Shown: piece by piece, positions 10,015 through 19,318 of the stretch
How positions within the stretch are numbered: the first letter of the stretch is position 1
Layout of the letters: every line of letters begins with the position of its first letter
DNA from: an uncultured Acidobacteriota bacterium
Lineage (GTDB): Bacteria > Acidobacteriota > Thermoanaerobaculia > UBA5066 > Gp7-AA6
DNA: 64,000 nt
Assembly: GCA_963837495.1 (NCBI GenBank)
Contig: CAWINF010000001.1
Span: 2,138,397-2,202,396 of the forward strand
Reading direction: 5' to 3'
Translations under genes and position numbers: made by a program
The notes under the pieces: model-generated
What the model was told of the DNA's origin: nothing
Database searches by the model: none
The model's input: the letters and a program-made list of their open reading frames with translations, nothing else

Positions 10015-12756
10015 ATGAAATCCTTCTGGAAGAGACTCAAGAAGGCAGAGCCCGGCTCTGAACGGGACGCCCGGCTGGCCGGGGACGAATCGGCGTATCC
10101 CCCGGGGCTTGAGCGCCTCGAGAGCGCGGCCGTGAAGGAGAGGCGCGCGGCGGCGGGCCTGGAGCCGGGGGATCCCCAGGTGCCCATCGGCCTGGCGTGC
10201 TCGGGAGGAGGGATCCGGAGCGCGACGTCCTGCCTCGGGGTCTTTCAGGCGCTGGCGCGGTCCCGGTTCCTGCGCCGCATCGACTTCCTGTCCACGGTCT
10301 CCGGCGGCGGATACGTCGGCACTTTTCTCGGGCATCTTTACATGCGGCCGTATGTGGATCCCCAGAAGGATCAGGCGGGACGGCCGACCGATCCGGCGGG
10401 AGCGGACGGTTATGTCCCGGGGGCGACGCCTGCCGAAAGGGTCTCGAGAATCCTCGAGGATTCCCACACGAAGCCGCTCGCCCACCTTCGGGAGAATGGT
10501 CGGTACCTGTCGCCCAACGGCGGCGGGGACTCTCTCATGGCCGGGGCGGTCGTGCTGCGCAACTGGGCGGCGGTCCAACTCGTCCTGCTCACGGCCTGCA
10601 TGATGGGACTCTTTGCCTTCCTCCTCCTGAGAACTCTCACCGCGGCCGGGATCGAAAGGGTCTTCGGCCCCGACGCGCTGGACGTCGGCCCGACGTCGTT
10701 CATTCACGGATTTCTGTCGAGCTTCAACCCTTCCCTTCCGCACGTCGTCTGGATCAGCGATTACTTTCTGCTCGCGGCGGTCCCTGTCGTGCTCCTGGCC
10801 GTGCCGGTCGGCCTCGCCTACTGGCTGACGCGCCTCGGGGACCTGATCGTCGCCGCGGCATTGGGCGTGATCGCGCTGGCGTTTCTCCCGGGGGCCACAG
10901 GCCTGGACGCGTTTCTCCTCGCTGTTGCGGCGTACTGGCTCCTGGCTGCCGTCCTCTGCGGGGTCCTGGCGCAGGGAGGTTGGACCGCGCCGACCGAGGC
11001 GTCGCGATGGAAGCGGGGCAACCGGCTTTCCCGGCTCCTCATGCAGGCGCTCCTGGCCGCCGGCATCGTGCTGGCGGTGGCCTTCCTCGACAGTGTCGGG
11101 CAGAACCTGAATGCGAACCACGCCGCATGGAATGCCGCCAAGGTCTTCGCCTTTCTCGCCACGCTCCTCACGTTCGGAAAGCGCCTGGTGCCGTTCATCA
11201 GCAACTTCAGCCGCGGCGGCCGGCCCACGATCCCGGTCAGCCTGATCGCGGGCGTCGGCAGCATCGTCCTCGTCGTTGTTCTGCTCGGTTTCCTCTCCGG
11301 ACTCACTTACCACCTGAACGACGTGATGTCGTCCTCGTCGCGGGCCCTCCCGGAAGGTTGGATCGTGTTCTGGGGCGCGCGCCTGGGCGCAACGTTGGAA
11401 GGGTTTCTGGCCTTCGGGGTGCTCTGCCTGATTCTCGGGCAGACACTCTCCTTTCTCAACAGGTCGTCGCTTCAGACGCTGTACAGCGCTCGATTGACGC
11501 GGGCGTACCTGGGGGCTTCCAATCCCGAACGCTGGAAGCCCGACGGGATGCGGATCTCCGACGCGATCGCCGGCGACGCCGTAAGCTGGGAGGACTACCG
11601 GCCGGAGAGGCACGGCGGCCCGCTTCACCTGATCAACACGACGATCAACGAGACGATCGACGGGCGGTCGCAGGTCGAGCAGCGCGATCGGAAAGGCGTG
11701 CCCCTGGCGGTCGGCCCGTTCGGGTTGACTGTCGGCGTCCGGCATCACGCGGTCTGGACCGGCGGCGTCGGATCCCTGGCGACAGGCCGCCTGTCCCGCA
11801 AGCGCACCCTCGAGTCCATCTCGCCCGCGAGCGGGTTTCGCATCTTCGCCCCGGGCCAGGCCGGCGGATCGATCGAGGTGGAGCCGCTGACTCTGGGAGA
11901 GTGGATCGGGATCTCAGGAGCGGCCTTCACGACGGGAATCGGATACCGGACGAGCCTGGGCCTGAGTCTTCTCACCGGCATGGCGAATGTCCGGCTGGGA
12001 TACTGGTGGAACTCCGGCGTCGATCCCGCCGACCGGAAGTCTCAAGCACAGCCGAGGGCACTCCTGAGGCTGGCGCGCCGCCTTCCCCTGTTTCGTGTCC
12101 AGAGGTTCCTGCTCAACGAATTGCTCGCGCGCTTTCCCGGGACGGCCCTGAAATGGTGGTATCTCTCCGACGGGGGCCATTTCGAGAATACGGCCGCCTA
12201 CGAACTGATCCGGCGCCGCCTCCCGTTGATCATCATCCTGGACAATGGCGCCGACCCCGGTTGTCTGTTCGAGGACATGGGGAGCCTGGTCCGCAAGGCC
12301 CGTCTCGACTTTCAGACGGAGATTCGCTTCGCCGGAGAGGAGCACGGCGGCCGCGTCACTCAGATCACGCGCGCCTTCGAAGACACTCTCGGCACGCTGG
12401 CGCAGCTGCGCCCGATCGAGCCGGCGGAGAACGACGCCGGCCCGCCCCGCGCGTCGCGTCACATCGCCGCGGCGGCCATCGAGTATCCCGCGACCGCCGA
12501 TCATCCCGAGGGCCAGCGCGGACTGCTTCTCCTGGTCAAGCCGACCCTCCTGGGCAACGAGCCCTCGGATGTCCTGCAATACGCCGCGAGCCACCCTCGC
12601 TTTCCGCAGGAGCCGACGTCGGATCAGTTCTTCGATGAGGCGCAGTGGGAGAGCTATCGGAAGCTGGGGGAGCACATCGGAGCGGAGCTTTGCGGCCTTC
12701 TCGAATCCCTGCGGTCGGCCACCCCCGACTCCATCGGTAACACCGTGATCAGCTAG
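10015..12756 (+). CDS. Membrane-embedded cPLA2/patatin-like phospholipase
   Basis: Oxyanion motif SGGGIRSA, nucleophile STVSGGGY, catalytic LSDGGHFEN, C-terminal DQFFDEAQWESYRKLG; a multi-TM block separates the Ser and Asp halves. Confidence 0.85.
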   Translation: MKSFWKRLKKAEPGSERDARLAGDESAYPPGLERLESAAVKERRAAAGLEPGDPQVPIGLACSGGGIRSATSCLGVFQALARSRFLRRIDFLSTVSGGGYVGTFLGHLYMRPYVDPQKDQAGRPTDPAGADGYVPGATPAERVSRILEDSHTKPLAHLRENGRYLSPNGGGDSLMAGAVVLRNWAAVQLVLLTACMMGLFAFLLLRTLTAAGIERVFGPDALDVGPTSFIHGFLSSFNPSLPHVVWISDYFLLAAVPVVLLAVPVGLAYWLTRLGDLIVAAALGVIALAFLPGATGLDAFLLAVAAYWLLAAVLCGVLAQGGWTAPTEASRWKRGNRLSRLLMQALLAAGIVLAVAFLDSVGQNLNANHAAWNAAKVFAFLATLLTFGKRLVPFISNFSRGGRPTIPVSLIAGVGSIVLVVVLLGFLSGLTYHLNDVMSSSSRALPEGWIVFWGARLGATLEGFLAFGVLCLILGQTLSFLNRSSLQTLYSARLTRAYLGASNPERWKPDGMRISDAIAGDAVSWEDYRPERHGGPLHLINTTINETIDGRSQVEQRDRKGVPLAVGPFGLTVGVRHHAVWTGGVGSLATGRLSRKRTLESISPASGFRIFAPGQAGGSIEVEPLTLGEWIGISGAAFTTGIGYRTSLGLSLLTGMANVRLGYWWNSGVDPADRKSQAQPRALLRLARRLPLFRVQRFLLNELLARFPGTALKWWYLSDGGHFENTAAYELIRRRLPLIIILDNGADPGCLFEDMGSLVRKARLDFQTEIRFAGEEHGGRVTQITRAFEDTLGTLAQLRPIEPAENDAGPPRASRHIAAAAIEYPATADHPEGQRGLLLLVKPTLLGNEPSDVLQYAASHPRFPQEPTSDQFFDEAQWESYRKLGEHIGAELCGLLESLRSATPDSIGNTVIS

Positions 12757-12802
12757 CCCGGATCCGAAATAGACGCTTCTTGGCGGTTACGGCAGGCGTG
12801 CC

Positions 12803-12854
12803 GTAGGGGCGGGGCTTGACCCCGCCCGCGGGCGGCCGCAAGGGCCGCCCCTAC
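12803..12854. repeat. GTAG-type REP doublet (REPIN-like)
   Basis: GTAGGGGCGGGGCTTGACCCCGCCC-GC-GGGCGGCCGCAAGGGCCGCCCCTAC: two inverted hairpin REPs with GTAG/CTAC feet, between convergent genes. Confidence 0.8.
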
Positions 12855-12891
12855 GACCGAACCAGGTTAAGAGCGGCTTCGACCGCGAAAG

Positions 12892-13629
12892 TTACCAGGG
12901 AACGTCTTTGCCGCGGTGGTCGAGGAAACGACCGGTGTCGGAGGGCTTCAGGCGGTCGATGACTCGAAGCATGGCGGCGACGCTGTCTTCGGGTGAGAGC
13001 GAAGCGCCGCCGCCGCCCATTTCGGTCCTGACCCAGCCGGGAGAGATCGCGACACAGATGAAGCCCTCCGGCTTCAACTCGGCGGCAACCGTGCGGGTCA
13101 GCTGATTCAACGCTGCCTTTGAGGCGCGGTAGGCGATCCAGCCTCCGCTCTCGTTTTCGGAGATGGATCCCAGGCCGCTCGAGAGATTGACGACGGCGCG
13201 GAGCTTTCCGGCGCGGAGATTCGGAAGGAGAGCCTGGGTCAGCGCGATCGGCCCGACCGCGTTGACGCGGAGAGTCTCCTCGAGATCCTTCATCGAAAGC
13301 CGCCCGAATCTTGCGCCCGCATCGCCGATGCCGGCGTTGTTGATCAGAACATCGAGCGGCTCGCCCTGCATGCGGCGAGCCAGACCGGCGATGCTTCTTT
13401 CGTCGGCGACATCGAGTTGCTCGACGCGCACCGGAAGTCTCGCAAGGTCGCGGGCTTTTTCAGGCTGCCGGGCCGTGGCGATCACGCGATCCGCGCGCCC
13501 GCCCAGATGCCGCGCGAAAGCGAGCCCGATTCCGCGGTTGGCTCCGGTCACGAGATAGCTCCGGGGTTCACTCTTCGTCGGCACGGCGTTCCCGGCCAGG
13601 GAATCTGGGACTTCCGCGAGCCTCACCAT
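12892..13629 (-). CDS. Short-chain dehydrogenase/reductase (C-factor/CsgA-like)
   Basis: VTGANRGIG, NNAG, YRASK and PGWVRTEMGG motifs. Confidence 0.92.
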   Translation of the reverse strand: MVRLAEVPDSLAGNAVPTKSEPRSYLVTGANRGIGLAFARHLGGRADRVIATARQPEKARDLARLPVRVEQLDVADERSIAGLARRMQGEPLDVLINNAGIGDAGARFGRLSMKDLEETLRVNAVGPIALTQALLPNLRAGKLRAVVNLSSGLGSISENESGGWIAYRASKAALNQLTRTVAAELKPEGFICVAISPGWVRTEMGGGGASLSPEDSVAAMLRVIDRLKPSDTGRFLDHRGKDVPW

Positions 13630-13728
13630 TCCTGGTGACGCGCGTCCTTGACGAACGACGATACCCGCCGCTGCGGCTCCTGGCGCGAAGAGAGCGCTGC
13701 TCCCCGGGCAAAGAGATTCTTGCCCGGG

Positions 13729-14028
13729 TTATGCCGACCTGGCGTGGTCCAGGATCAACGCCTCGTCCTCGACGAGGCATCGTTCGTCACAGCGCCCGGC
13801 CTTGCCGCCCCACCGGTTGCAGGATCCCACCTTGAGGTCGGGTTCGCCGGTGAGGCTGCTGAAGGCCGCGTGGCCGGCTTGGAGCCGGATCGTGGCGGCC
13901 TCTTGCGTCTCGGGACAGGTGACGATCAGGGTGCCCGAAAAATGCCGGCGCGCCCGAAGGAAGGCCACTGCGGCCGGTATACAGGAGAGAACGAACACGA
14001 TCGCGATGAGCAGGAAGAGTTCCTTCAC
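13729..14028 (-). CDS. Small membrane-anchored 4-Cys protein (VTCPET family)
   Basis: AGGAGG RBS before GTG; N-terminal TM helix; VTCPET..SCNRW..CDERC; paralog at 22402. Confidence 0.75.
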   Translation of the reverse strand: MKELFLLIAIVFVLSCIPAAVAFLRARRHFSGTLIVTCPETQEAATIRLQAGHAAFSSLTGEPDLKVGSCNRWGGKAGRCDERCLVEDEALILDHARSA

Positions 14029-14177
14029 AGGTACCTCCTTCCTCGATGACCTGACGAGCGTAAGGCAAGGCGGGGGGCCGATTCTCGATGCGTTTACATC
14101 AGACGTCGGGGCTCCCGAAGGATCGCTCCGCGCCGGCGTCGAGGAGTCGGACCTCGTGAACGCGTGAGTTCGGGACC

Positions 14178-14204
14178 AGATCCTTCGCTTCGCTCAGGAT
14201 GACA
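14178..14204. repeat. REP-like element AGATCCTTCGCTTCGCTCAGGATGACA
   Basis: Identical 27-mer at 43507-43533. Confidence 0.8.
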
Positions 14205-14307
14205 GGCGGGTAGCGATTACCTCGGCTCTCTCTCGGCGTCTCGCATTCGTGAGTCGGATCGCGCCCTCGCTGTCGCCCTCGAACTCCTTTGAGGCGGCGG
14301 GTATGGG

Positions 14308-16767
14308 CTACGGAGGGATACCGATGCGGCGGACGAGGTCCTGGAAGCGGGGGTCGGAACGGAGGCCGTCGAACGCGGAATCCATTCTGAGATAGACGAT
14401 CAGGCCGGCTCGGTTTCGATAGCACTTTTCCAGCCAGGCGAGCGATTCTTCGGGATTCCAGCCGGAATTGGCGACGGCGAAGTCGTATTCCGAGATGAAT
14501 CTGCGTTTGGCCAGCTCTCGGAAGTGGTGTAGCACTTTCTGCGCCTCCGCCTTGTTACCCGTGACTCCGTAGGCGCGGGCGAGCACCGCTCGCGGCAGCA
14601 TCTCGTTCGGGGAGGCTTCGCTCGCCTGCTTTGCGGCGGCGATCGACTCGGGAAACCGGGACCGCTGCTGAAACGCGAGACTCGACCAGGTGCAGTGTCC
14701 GGCGACCGTCGGATCCGTCTCCACTGTTTTTCGATACAGAGAGATAGCCTGATCGAACTCCCGCGCGTAGTAGAGGAGCCTCGCCCGCAGGCAGCCGGAA
14801 TTGGTGCTGACGGGATCGAAATCCAGAGCCCGAGCCGACTCGGCAAGGGCCTCGTCCGATCGTCCCTGGGAGCTCAGGAACAGGCCGTTCGCCTGGTGGA
14901 TCAGCGCGGAACGCGGGTTCAACTCCAGGGCGCGCCGGTACTCCTCGCGGGCACCCTCCCAATCGAACTCGTAGAAGAGCTTGACCTGAGCGAGCGAGGC
15001 GTGTCCCTCGCCCAGGCTCGGGTCGAGCTCCAGCGCGTGCTGGATCGCCGTCCTGGCCTTGGGCATGACCTCGTGCGGTGGAAGCAGACGGCCGGCGAGC
15101 TGGATGTAAGTGTCGGCCAGGCCGGCATAGGCGAGCGCGAAGTTCGGATCCTTCCCGATCGCCAGATTGAAATACTCGACGGCCTTGGTCAGCGACTCCG
15201 GTGTGAACCTCGTGAACGAGGCCCTTCCCTGCAGGTAGAACTGGTAGGCCTCGGGGTCGAGCGTGGCCTTGCGAGCCAGTTGCGAATTCTCTTCCGGGGC
15301 GATCTTGATACGGATCTCCCTGGCGATCGCAGTCGCCACCTCGCCCTGAAGGGCCAGGATGTCGCGAACGTCGCGCTCGTAGCCTTCCGCCCACATCTGC
15401 TTCTCGCCGGGGACCCGCATCAGACGCGCGTTGATGCGCACGCGGCTGTTCGAGCGAAGGACGGAGCCTTCCACGACGGCGTCCACCTGAAGCTCGCGAG
15501 CGATCTCCGGCAGAGACTTCTTCAACCCCTTGTAGTGCATGGCCGACGTGCGCGAGATCACCCGCAGCGCGGAGATATTCGAAAGCTTCGCGATCAATTC
15601 GTCGGTCATCCCATCGGCGAAGTAGTCCTGCTCGGGGTCGTGGGAGAGGTTCTCGAGAGGCAGCACGACGAGCGACTTGATCTCCGGCGGGCCCGCGGGC
15701 GCGGCCGGCCGGCTCCGGAATCCCTGCCGCTGCCAGAGGACCAGCACGGCGGCGAGCAGAACGGCGGCGGCGCCGGCGATCAAGGTCCTCGCGCGACGCC
15801 GCTTGCGAGGAACCGCGGCCGGTTCGGCCTGAGAAGGCCTCCCCGGAGGGAGAGCGGCAAGCACGGCGCCCGAGGAAATCGTGACCGATTCGCTGCCGCT
15901 GGCGCTCTCCAGCAGCCGCCGCCGCAGGTCGATGAGCATGTCTCGCGCGGACTGGTACCGGGCGGCCCGGTTCTTCTCGAGCGCCTTGAGAATGATCTCC
16001 TCCAGCTTCTCGGGAACGTTGGGATTTCGTTCTCGCGGAGGCACGGAGGGCTTCTCCATGATCGCGCTCAGGATCACCGCGAGCGTGTTGCCGGGAAAGG
16101 GGAGCGCGCCGACCGCCATGTCGTAGAGGAGCGTGCCGAACGAGAAGAGGTCCGAGCGCGCGTCGAGCTCCTCGCCGCGGGCCTGTTCCGGCGACATGAA
16201 CGCCACGGTACCCATGGGAAAGCCCGGCAGGGTCAGATGGCGAGGCATCGTGACCTGCGCTTCCGGCCCGGCGGGCAGAAGCTCGGTGGCGGGCGACGGA
16301 AGGAACTTGGCGAGGCCGAAGTCCACGATCTTGACCCGGCCCGCCGACGTCACGAAGATGTTGCCCGGCTTGATGTCGCGGTGGAGCACGCCGCGGCTGT
16401 GCGCGGCGTCCAGGCCGTCGGCGATCTGGACGGCCAGCGGAAGCAGACGCTCCGGAGGCAGAGGCCCGTGCGCCAGGATCTTCTCGAGAGTCGTGCCCTC
16501 GAGCAGTTCCATGGCGATGAAGTGATAGCCATCCCCCGCTCCGACGTCATGGATCGTGCAGATGTTCGGATGGTTCAGGTGCGAGGCCGCGCGGGCCTCG
16601 CGCTCGAATCGCTCGACTGTTTCCGGCAGGTCCAGCACCTTCTCGGCGACGAATTTGACGGCGACGTGGCGGCCGAGCCGGATGTCTTCCGCCTCGTACA
16701 CGACTCCCATGCCGCCCTCGCCGAGGACCTTGAGGAGACGATAGTGGGAGACGGTTTTGCCTAGCAT
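14308..16767 (-). CDS. Hanks-type Ser/Thr kinase with TM helix, TolB-like domain and TPR repeats
   Basis: LGEGGMGVVY, VAVK, HRDIKPGN, DFGLAK, SPEQARG; LPLENLS..DYFADGMTDELI; TPR tail. Confidence 0.95.
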   Translation of the reverse strand: MLGKTVSHYRLLKVLGEGGMGVVYEAEDIRLGRHVAVKFVAEKVLDLPETVERFEREARAASHLNHPNICTIHDVGAGDGYHFIAMELLEGTTLEKILAHGPLPPERLLPLAVQIADGLDAAHSRGVLHRDIKPGNIFVTSAGRVKIVDFGLAKFLPSPATELLPAGPEAQVTMPRHLTLPGFPMGTVAFMSPEQARGEELDARSDLFSFGTLLYDMAVGALPFPGNTLAVILSAIMEKPSVPPRERNPNVPEKLEEIILKALEKNRAARYQSARDMLIDLRRRLLESASGSESVTISSGAVLAALPPGRPSQAEPAAVPRKRRRARTLIAGAAAVLLAAVLVLWQRQGFRSRPAAPAGPPEIKSLVVLPLENLSHDPEQDYFADGMTDELIAKLSNISALRVISRTSAMHYKGLKKSLPEIARELQVDAVVEGSVLRSNSRVRINARLMRVPGEKQMWAEGYERDVRDILALQGEVATAIAREIRIKIAPEENSQLARKATLDPEAYQFYLQGRASFTRFTPESLTKAVEYFNLAIGKDPNFALAYAGLADTYIQLAGRLLPPHEVMPKARTAIQHALELDPSLGEGHASLAQVKLFYEFDWEGAREEYRRALELNPRSALIHQANGLFLSSQGRSDEALAESARALDFDPVSTNSGCLRARLLYYAREFDQAISLYRKTVETDPTVAGHCTWSSLAFQQRSRFPESIAAAKQASEASPNEMLPRAVLARAYGVTGNKAEAQKVLHHFRELAKRRFISEYDFAVANSGWNPEESLAWLEKCYRNRAGLIVYLRMDSAFDGLRSDPRFQDLVRRIGIPP

Positions 16768-16966
16768 GGCCGGTTCAGATCACGTCCGAGTGACTCACGT
16801 TTCGAGTCAGCATACACCGGCGGTTGAGACAGTGGACCGCTTGCGAATTGGGTAGCACGATCTCGGATCCGCCTTACGACCACGCCCTCGCGCTTCGCTA
16901 GCCCTTCACCTCAATCAGGCCGGGCAGAAGACTCTCACCCCGGGTGCTCTAATATGTTTGGGATAC

Positions 16967-16998
16967 AAAAAAAGGCAGGGCGGAGGATCCGCCCTGCC
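16967..16998 (-). terminator. Intrinsic terminator, duplicate copy 1
   Basis: 11-bp stem GGCAGGGCGGA/TCCGCCCTGCC followed by T7 on the minus strand. Confidence 0.88.
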
Positions 16999-17025
16999 GA
17001 AGGTCCTTGGAGCTGTTCGCGATCG

Positions 17026-18912
17026 TCAGTTCAGCGGGCACCCGCCGGGGCCGTTGTTGAAGCCGTCAAGCCGGCTGGCCTCACTGAGAATCGTATTCCT
17101 GTTGCAGGACTGGAGCGCCGTGTTGACCTCACTGATGATCTGCGCCGTGCTCAACGGATAGTTGACGCTGCACGCGTTGAGCAGCGCCGAGATCCCCATC
17201 TGATAGAGCTTTGCCTGCGCATTGCAGACGGTGGGCCCGAACCCGGCCCCCTGGAGAGCGTGGAGGAACGTCAGACTGCTGAAGTTACAGCCACAGTCAG
17301 TGGTATCGAACACGGTCGAAACCAGCTGATTCTGCGTGTAGGCAGCGCACCAGGAATCGAAGTGCTGCGTCTGCTTCCAGTAGCCCGGAGTGCAGCCCTG
17401 GTTGCCCGGCGGGGGCGTGGCAGTCGGCGTATTCGTCGGGGTATTGGTCGGCGTGTCGGTCGGGGTGTTGGTCGGGGTGTCCGTCGGCGGTGGCGTGTTG
17501 GTCGGGGTGTTGGTCGGGGTGTTCGTCGGCGTCGGCGTGTTGGTCGGGGTGTTGGTCGGGGTGTCGGTCGGCGTATTGGTCGGGGTGTTGGTCGGCGTGG
17601 GCGTGCAGGCCAGAACCAGAACCGTGTTCGTGGTGCTGGCCGACACCGGAAGCGGGGTGCCCCCGCCATTCGTGTCCAGGCCGGTGGCCGCGACTTGATC
17701 GGTGAAGAGAGTGGTCCCGCCCGGATCGCAGGGAGGCGCGGTCTCGGGTATGTTGCCACCGCAGGTATCCCCCGGCGTGCCAAGAGGCTGGAGAACAGTC
17801 ACAGGAGTGCCGGCGGGGAATTCGCAGGGGATGGACACGGGCATGCCGCCCGGAAAGGGAACCGTGTTCTGAACGGCGAGGTTGATGACCGTGTTTTCCG
17901 GGTCCTGGTTCTGGACCGTGTAGGAGCAAGAGAACGAGGCGCCCGGCGGCTCGACGCCGGGACAGGTCTTGGTTATCCCCAGACCGGTCGTGACATCAGG
18001 ATTAGGGGCGTTGCCCCCTCTCCTACTGGTCAGCGTGGTGGTCGTCCGCGACGTGTGGGTGGCCTGACTCGACGTCATGCCCGTGGGGCAAGGCGTCAGA
18101 GCGCCCGTGGCGCTGAAGGTCCCCGTGAAATTGGAGTTTCCCTCGCCGCCCGCGCCGCCGGTCAGGAAGGCTTCGAAACTCGCCGGCTTGCCGGCGGCAC
18201 CATCCTGCCCGTCCGCTCCCGTGTTGTTCGCCGCCCCGAGATTGGCGCCCTGGCTCGACTGCTCCTCGTCCACGGGCTTGACGGCGAGCGCGTTGTAGTC
18301 GTTGCCGAATGTGGTGTAGACCGCGGAGGCCCACTGCCACTTCGCGGTTACCCCGGGCGTGTCGGTGGAAAAGGCCGCCGACCAGGTAACCGAACCGATG
18401 CCCCCGGGCAGACCCCCGGCGGGAACCGGGAAGGCAAGGCCGGAGAGAAAAGCCCTCCCCGAAAGACGGCCGGGGACGATGGTGACCCAGCGATTGTTCG
18501 CGGCATCGAAGCCCGTCGAAGCGACCGTCGCCGCCGGGTCGATGACGACCGTGGCGGCCGGAACGGCCAGGCTGTAGCTCTTGCCGTTGGCGACGAACGA
18601 AATCGTCGAATCATTCAGGAAAATACTCGCCGGCTGGGCCGCGAGTCCATCGACTCGCAGAGCGCTGTTGAACCAGATGACGTTGCCCTCGGCGATCGAA
18701 GTCGCGTTGAAGCTCGATTCGATCGAACTCAACGCCGTGCACGATCTCTCCATCTGGGGGGTGGAGGGTACCGGGGTACCCCTCTGGGGAGAGCTGCCTC
18801 TCGCCAGAGACACCAGCGCGACACCCAGACACAAGACTCCCAGGCCAGACCAGATGCGCCACCTTCTGCGCGCTCCAGCGGACAAAACACGACGCGGACG
18901 GCTTGAGTTCAT
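17026..18912 (-). CDS. Secreted modular surface protein with (TPTN)n linker, copy 1 (628 aa)
   Basis: GGAGGAG RBS before ATG 18912; signal peptide; beta-rich N-domain; Ig/DUF11-like Cys domain; Thr-Pro linker; C-terminal GCTPGYWK...GCPLN domain. Confidence 0.85.
   Translation of the reverse strand: MNSSRPRRVLSAGARRRWRIWSGLGVLCLGVALVSLARGSSPQRGTPVPSTPQMERSCTALSSIESSFNATSIAEGNVIWFNSALRVDGLAAQPASIFLNDSTISFVANGKSYSLAVPAATVVIDPAATVASTGFDAANNRWVTIVPGRLSGRAFLSGLAFPVPAGGLPGGIGSVTWSAAFSTDTPGVTAKWQWASAVYTTFGNDYNALAVKPVDEEQSSQGANLGAANNTGADGQDGAAGKPASFEAFLTGGAGGEGNSNFTGTFSATGALTPCPTGMTSSQATHTSRTTTTLTSRRGGNAPNPDVTTGLGITKTCPGVEPPGASFSCSYTVQNQDPENTVINLAVQNTVPFPGGMPVSIPCEFPAGTPVTVLQPLGTPGDTCGGNIPETAPPCDPGGTTLFTDQVAATGLDTNGGGTPLPVSASTTNTVLVLACTPTPTNTPTNTPTDTPTNTPTNTPTPTNTPTNTPTNTPPPTDTPTNTPTDTPTNTPTNTPTATPPPGNQGCTPGYWKQTQHFDSWCAAYTQNQLVSTVFDTTDCGCNFSSLTFLHALQGAGFGPTVCNAQAKLYQMGISALLNACSVNYPLSTAQIISEVNTALQSCNRNTILSEASRLDGFNNGPGGCPLN
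17420..17603. repeat. 12-bp coding tandem repeat (TPTN), short allele
   Basis: Degenerate GTCGGSGTRTTS units encoding TPTN/TPTD on the minus strand. Confidence 0.9.
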
Positions 18913-18936
18913 ATCCACTCCTCCTGATGGCCGGGG

Positions 18937-18985
18937 ACTATATGCGTTGGAAAAAGCGAGAGTCAACTGGACCAAAGTCGTAGGG
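18937..18985 (-). promoter_or_regulatory. sigma70 promoter plus upstream palindromic box, copy 1
   Basis: Minus strand CCTACGACTTTGGTCCAG-TTGACT-N18-TATAGT; box and -35 are conserved in copy 2 while the spacer diverges. Confidence 0.7.
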
Positions 18986-19259
18986 GCGATGGTCTGAAAT
19001 GTGACTTCCGGACCCGGACTGGGGCATCGGTCAAGTCCGCACAGGGCGAGAGGGAGCTTTTCGTTCAGATCGGGCCAGACGCTCGAATGGCCCACCGCCG
19101 GAGGGGGCTTGGATCGCTTCCGCCGCCGGTCCCGGCCTGACAGCCTTCGACAACCTCGGAGGGGGATGTCCGGCGCCAGGTTCGGGATGCTCAGATCCTC
19201 GCAAAACGGCTGGCGCTCCGGATAGGCCACACCGGAGTAAGCGGTGGAATGCTCGCCAC

Positions 19260-19291
19260 AAAAAAAGGCAGGGCGGAGGATCCGCCCTGCC
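19260..19291 (-). terminator. Intrinsic terminator, duplicate copy 2
   Basis: Same 11-bp stem and T7 tract as at 16967. Confidence 0.88.
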
Positions 19292-19318
19292 GAAGGTCCC
19301 TGGAGCTATTCGCGATCG

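Noticed and set aside
14063-14081. sigma54-like motif upstream of the first VTCPET paralog; similar near-matches at about 790, 26510 and 37672
   Set aside because: Spacing is not GG-N10-GC, or an invariant dinucleotide is missing.
18913-19230. 106-aa N-terminal extension of surface protein copy 1
   Set aside because: The RBS, promoter and signal peptide point to ATG 18912, and copy 2 has no equivalent extension.
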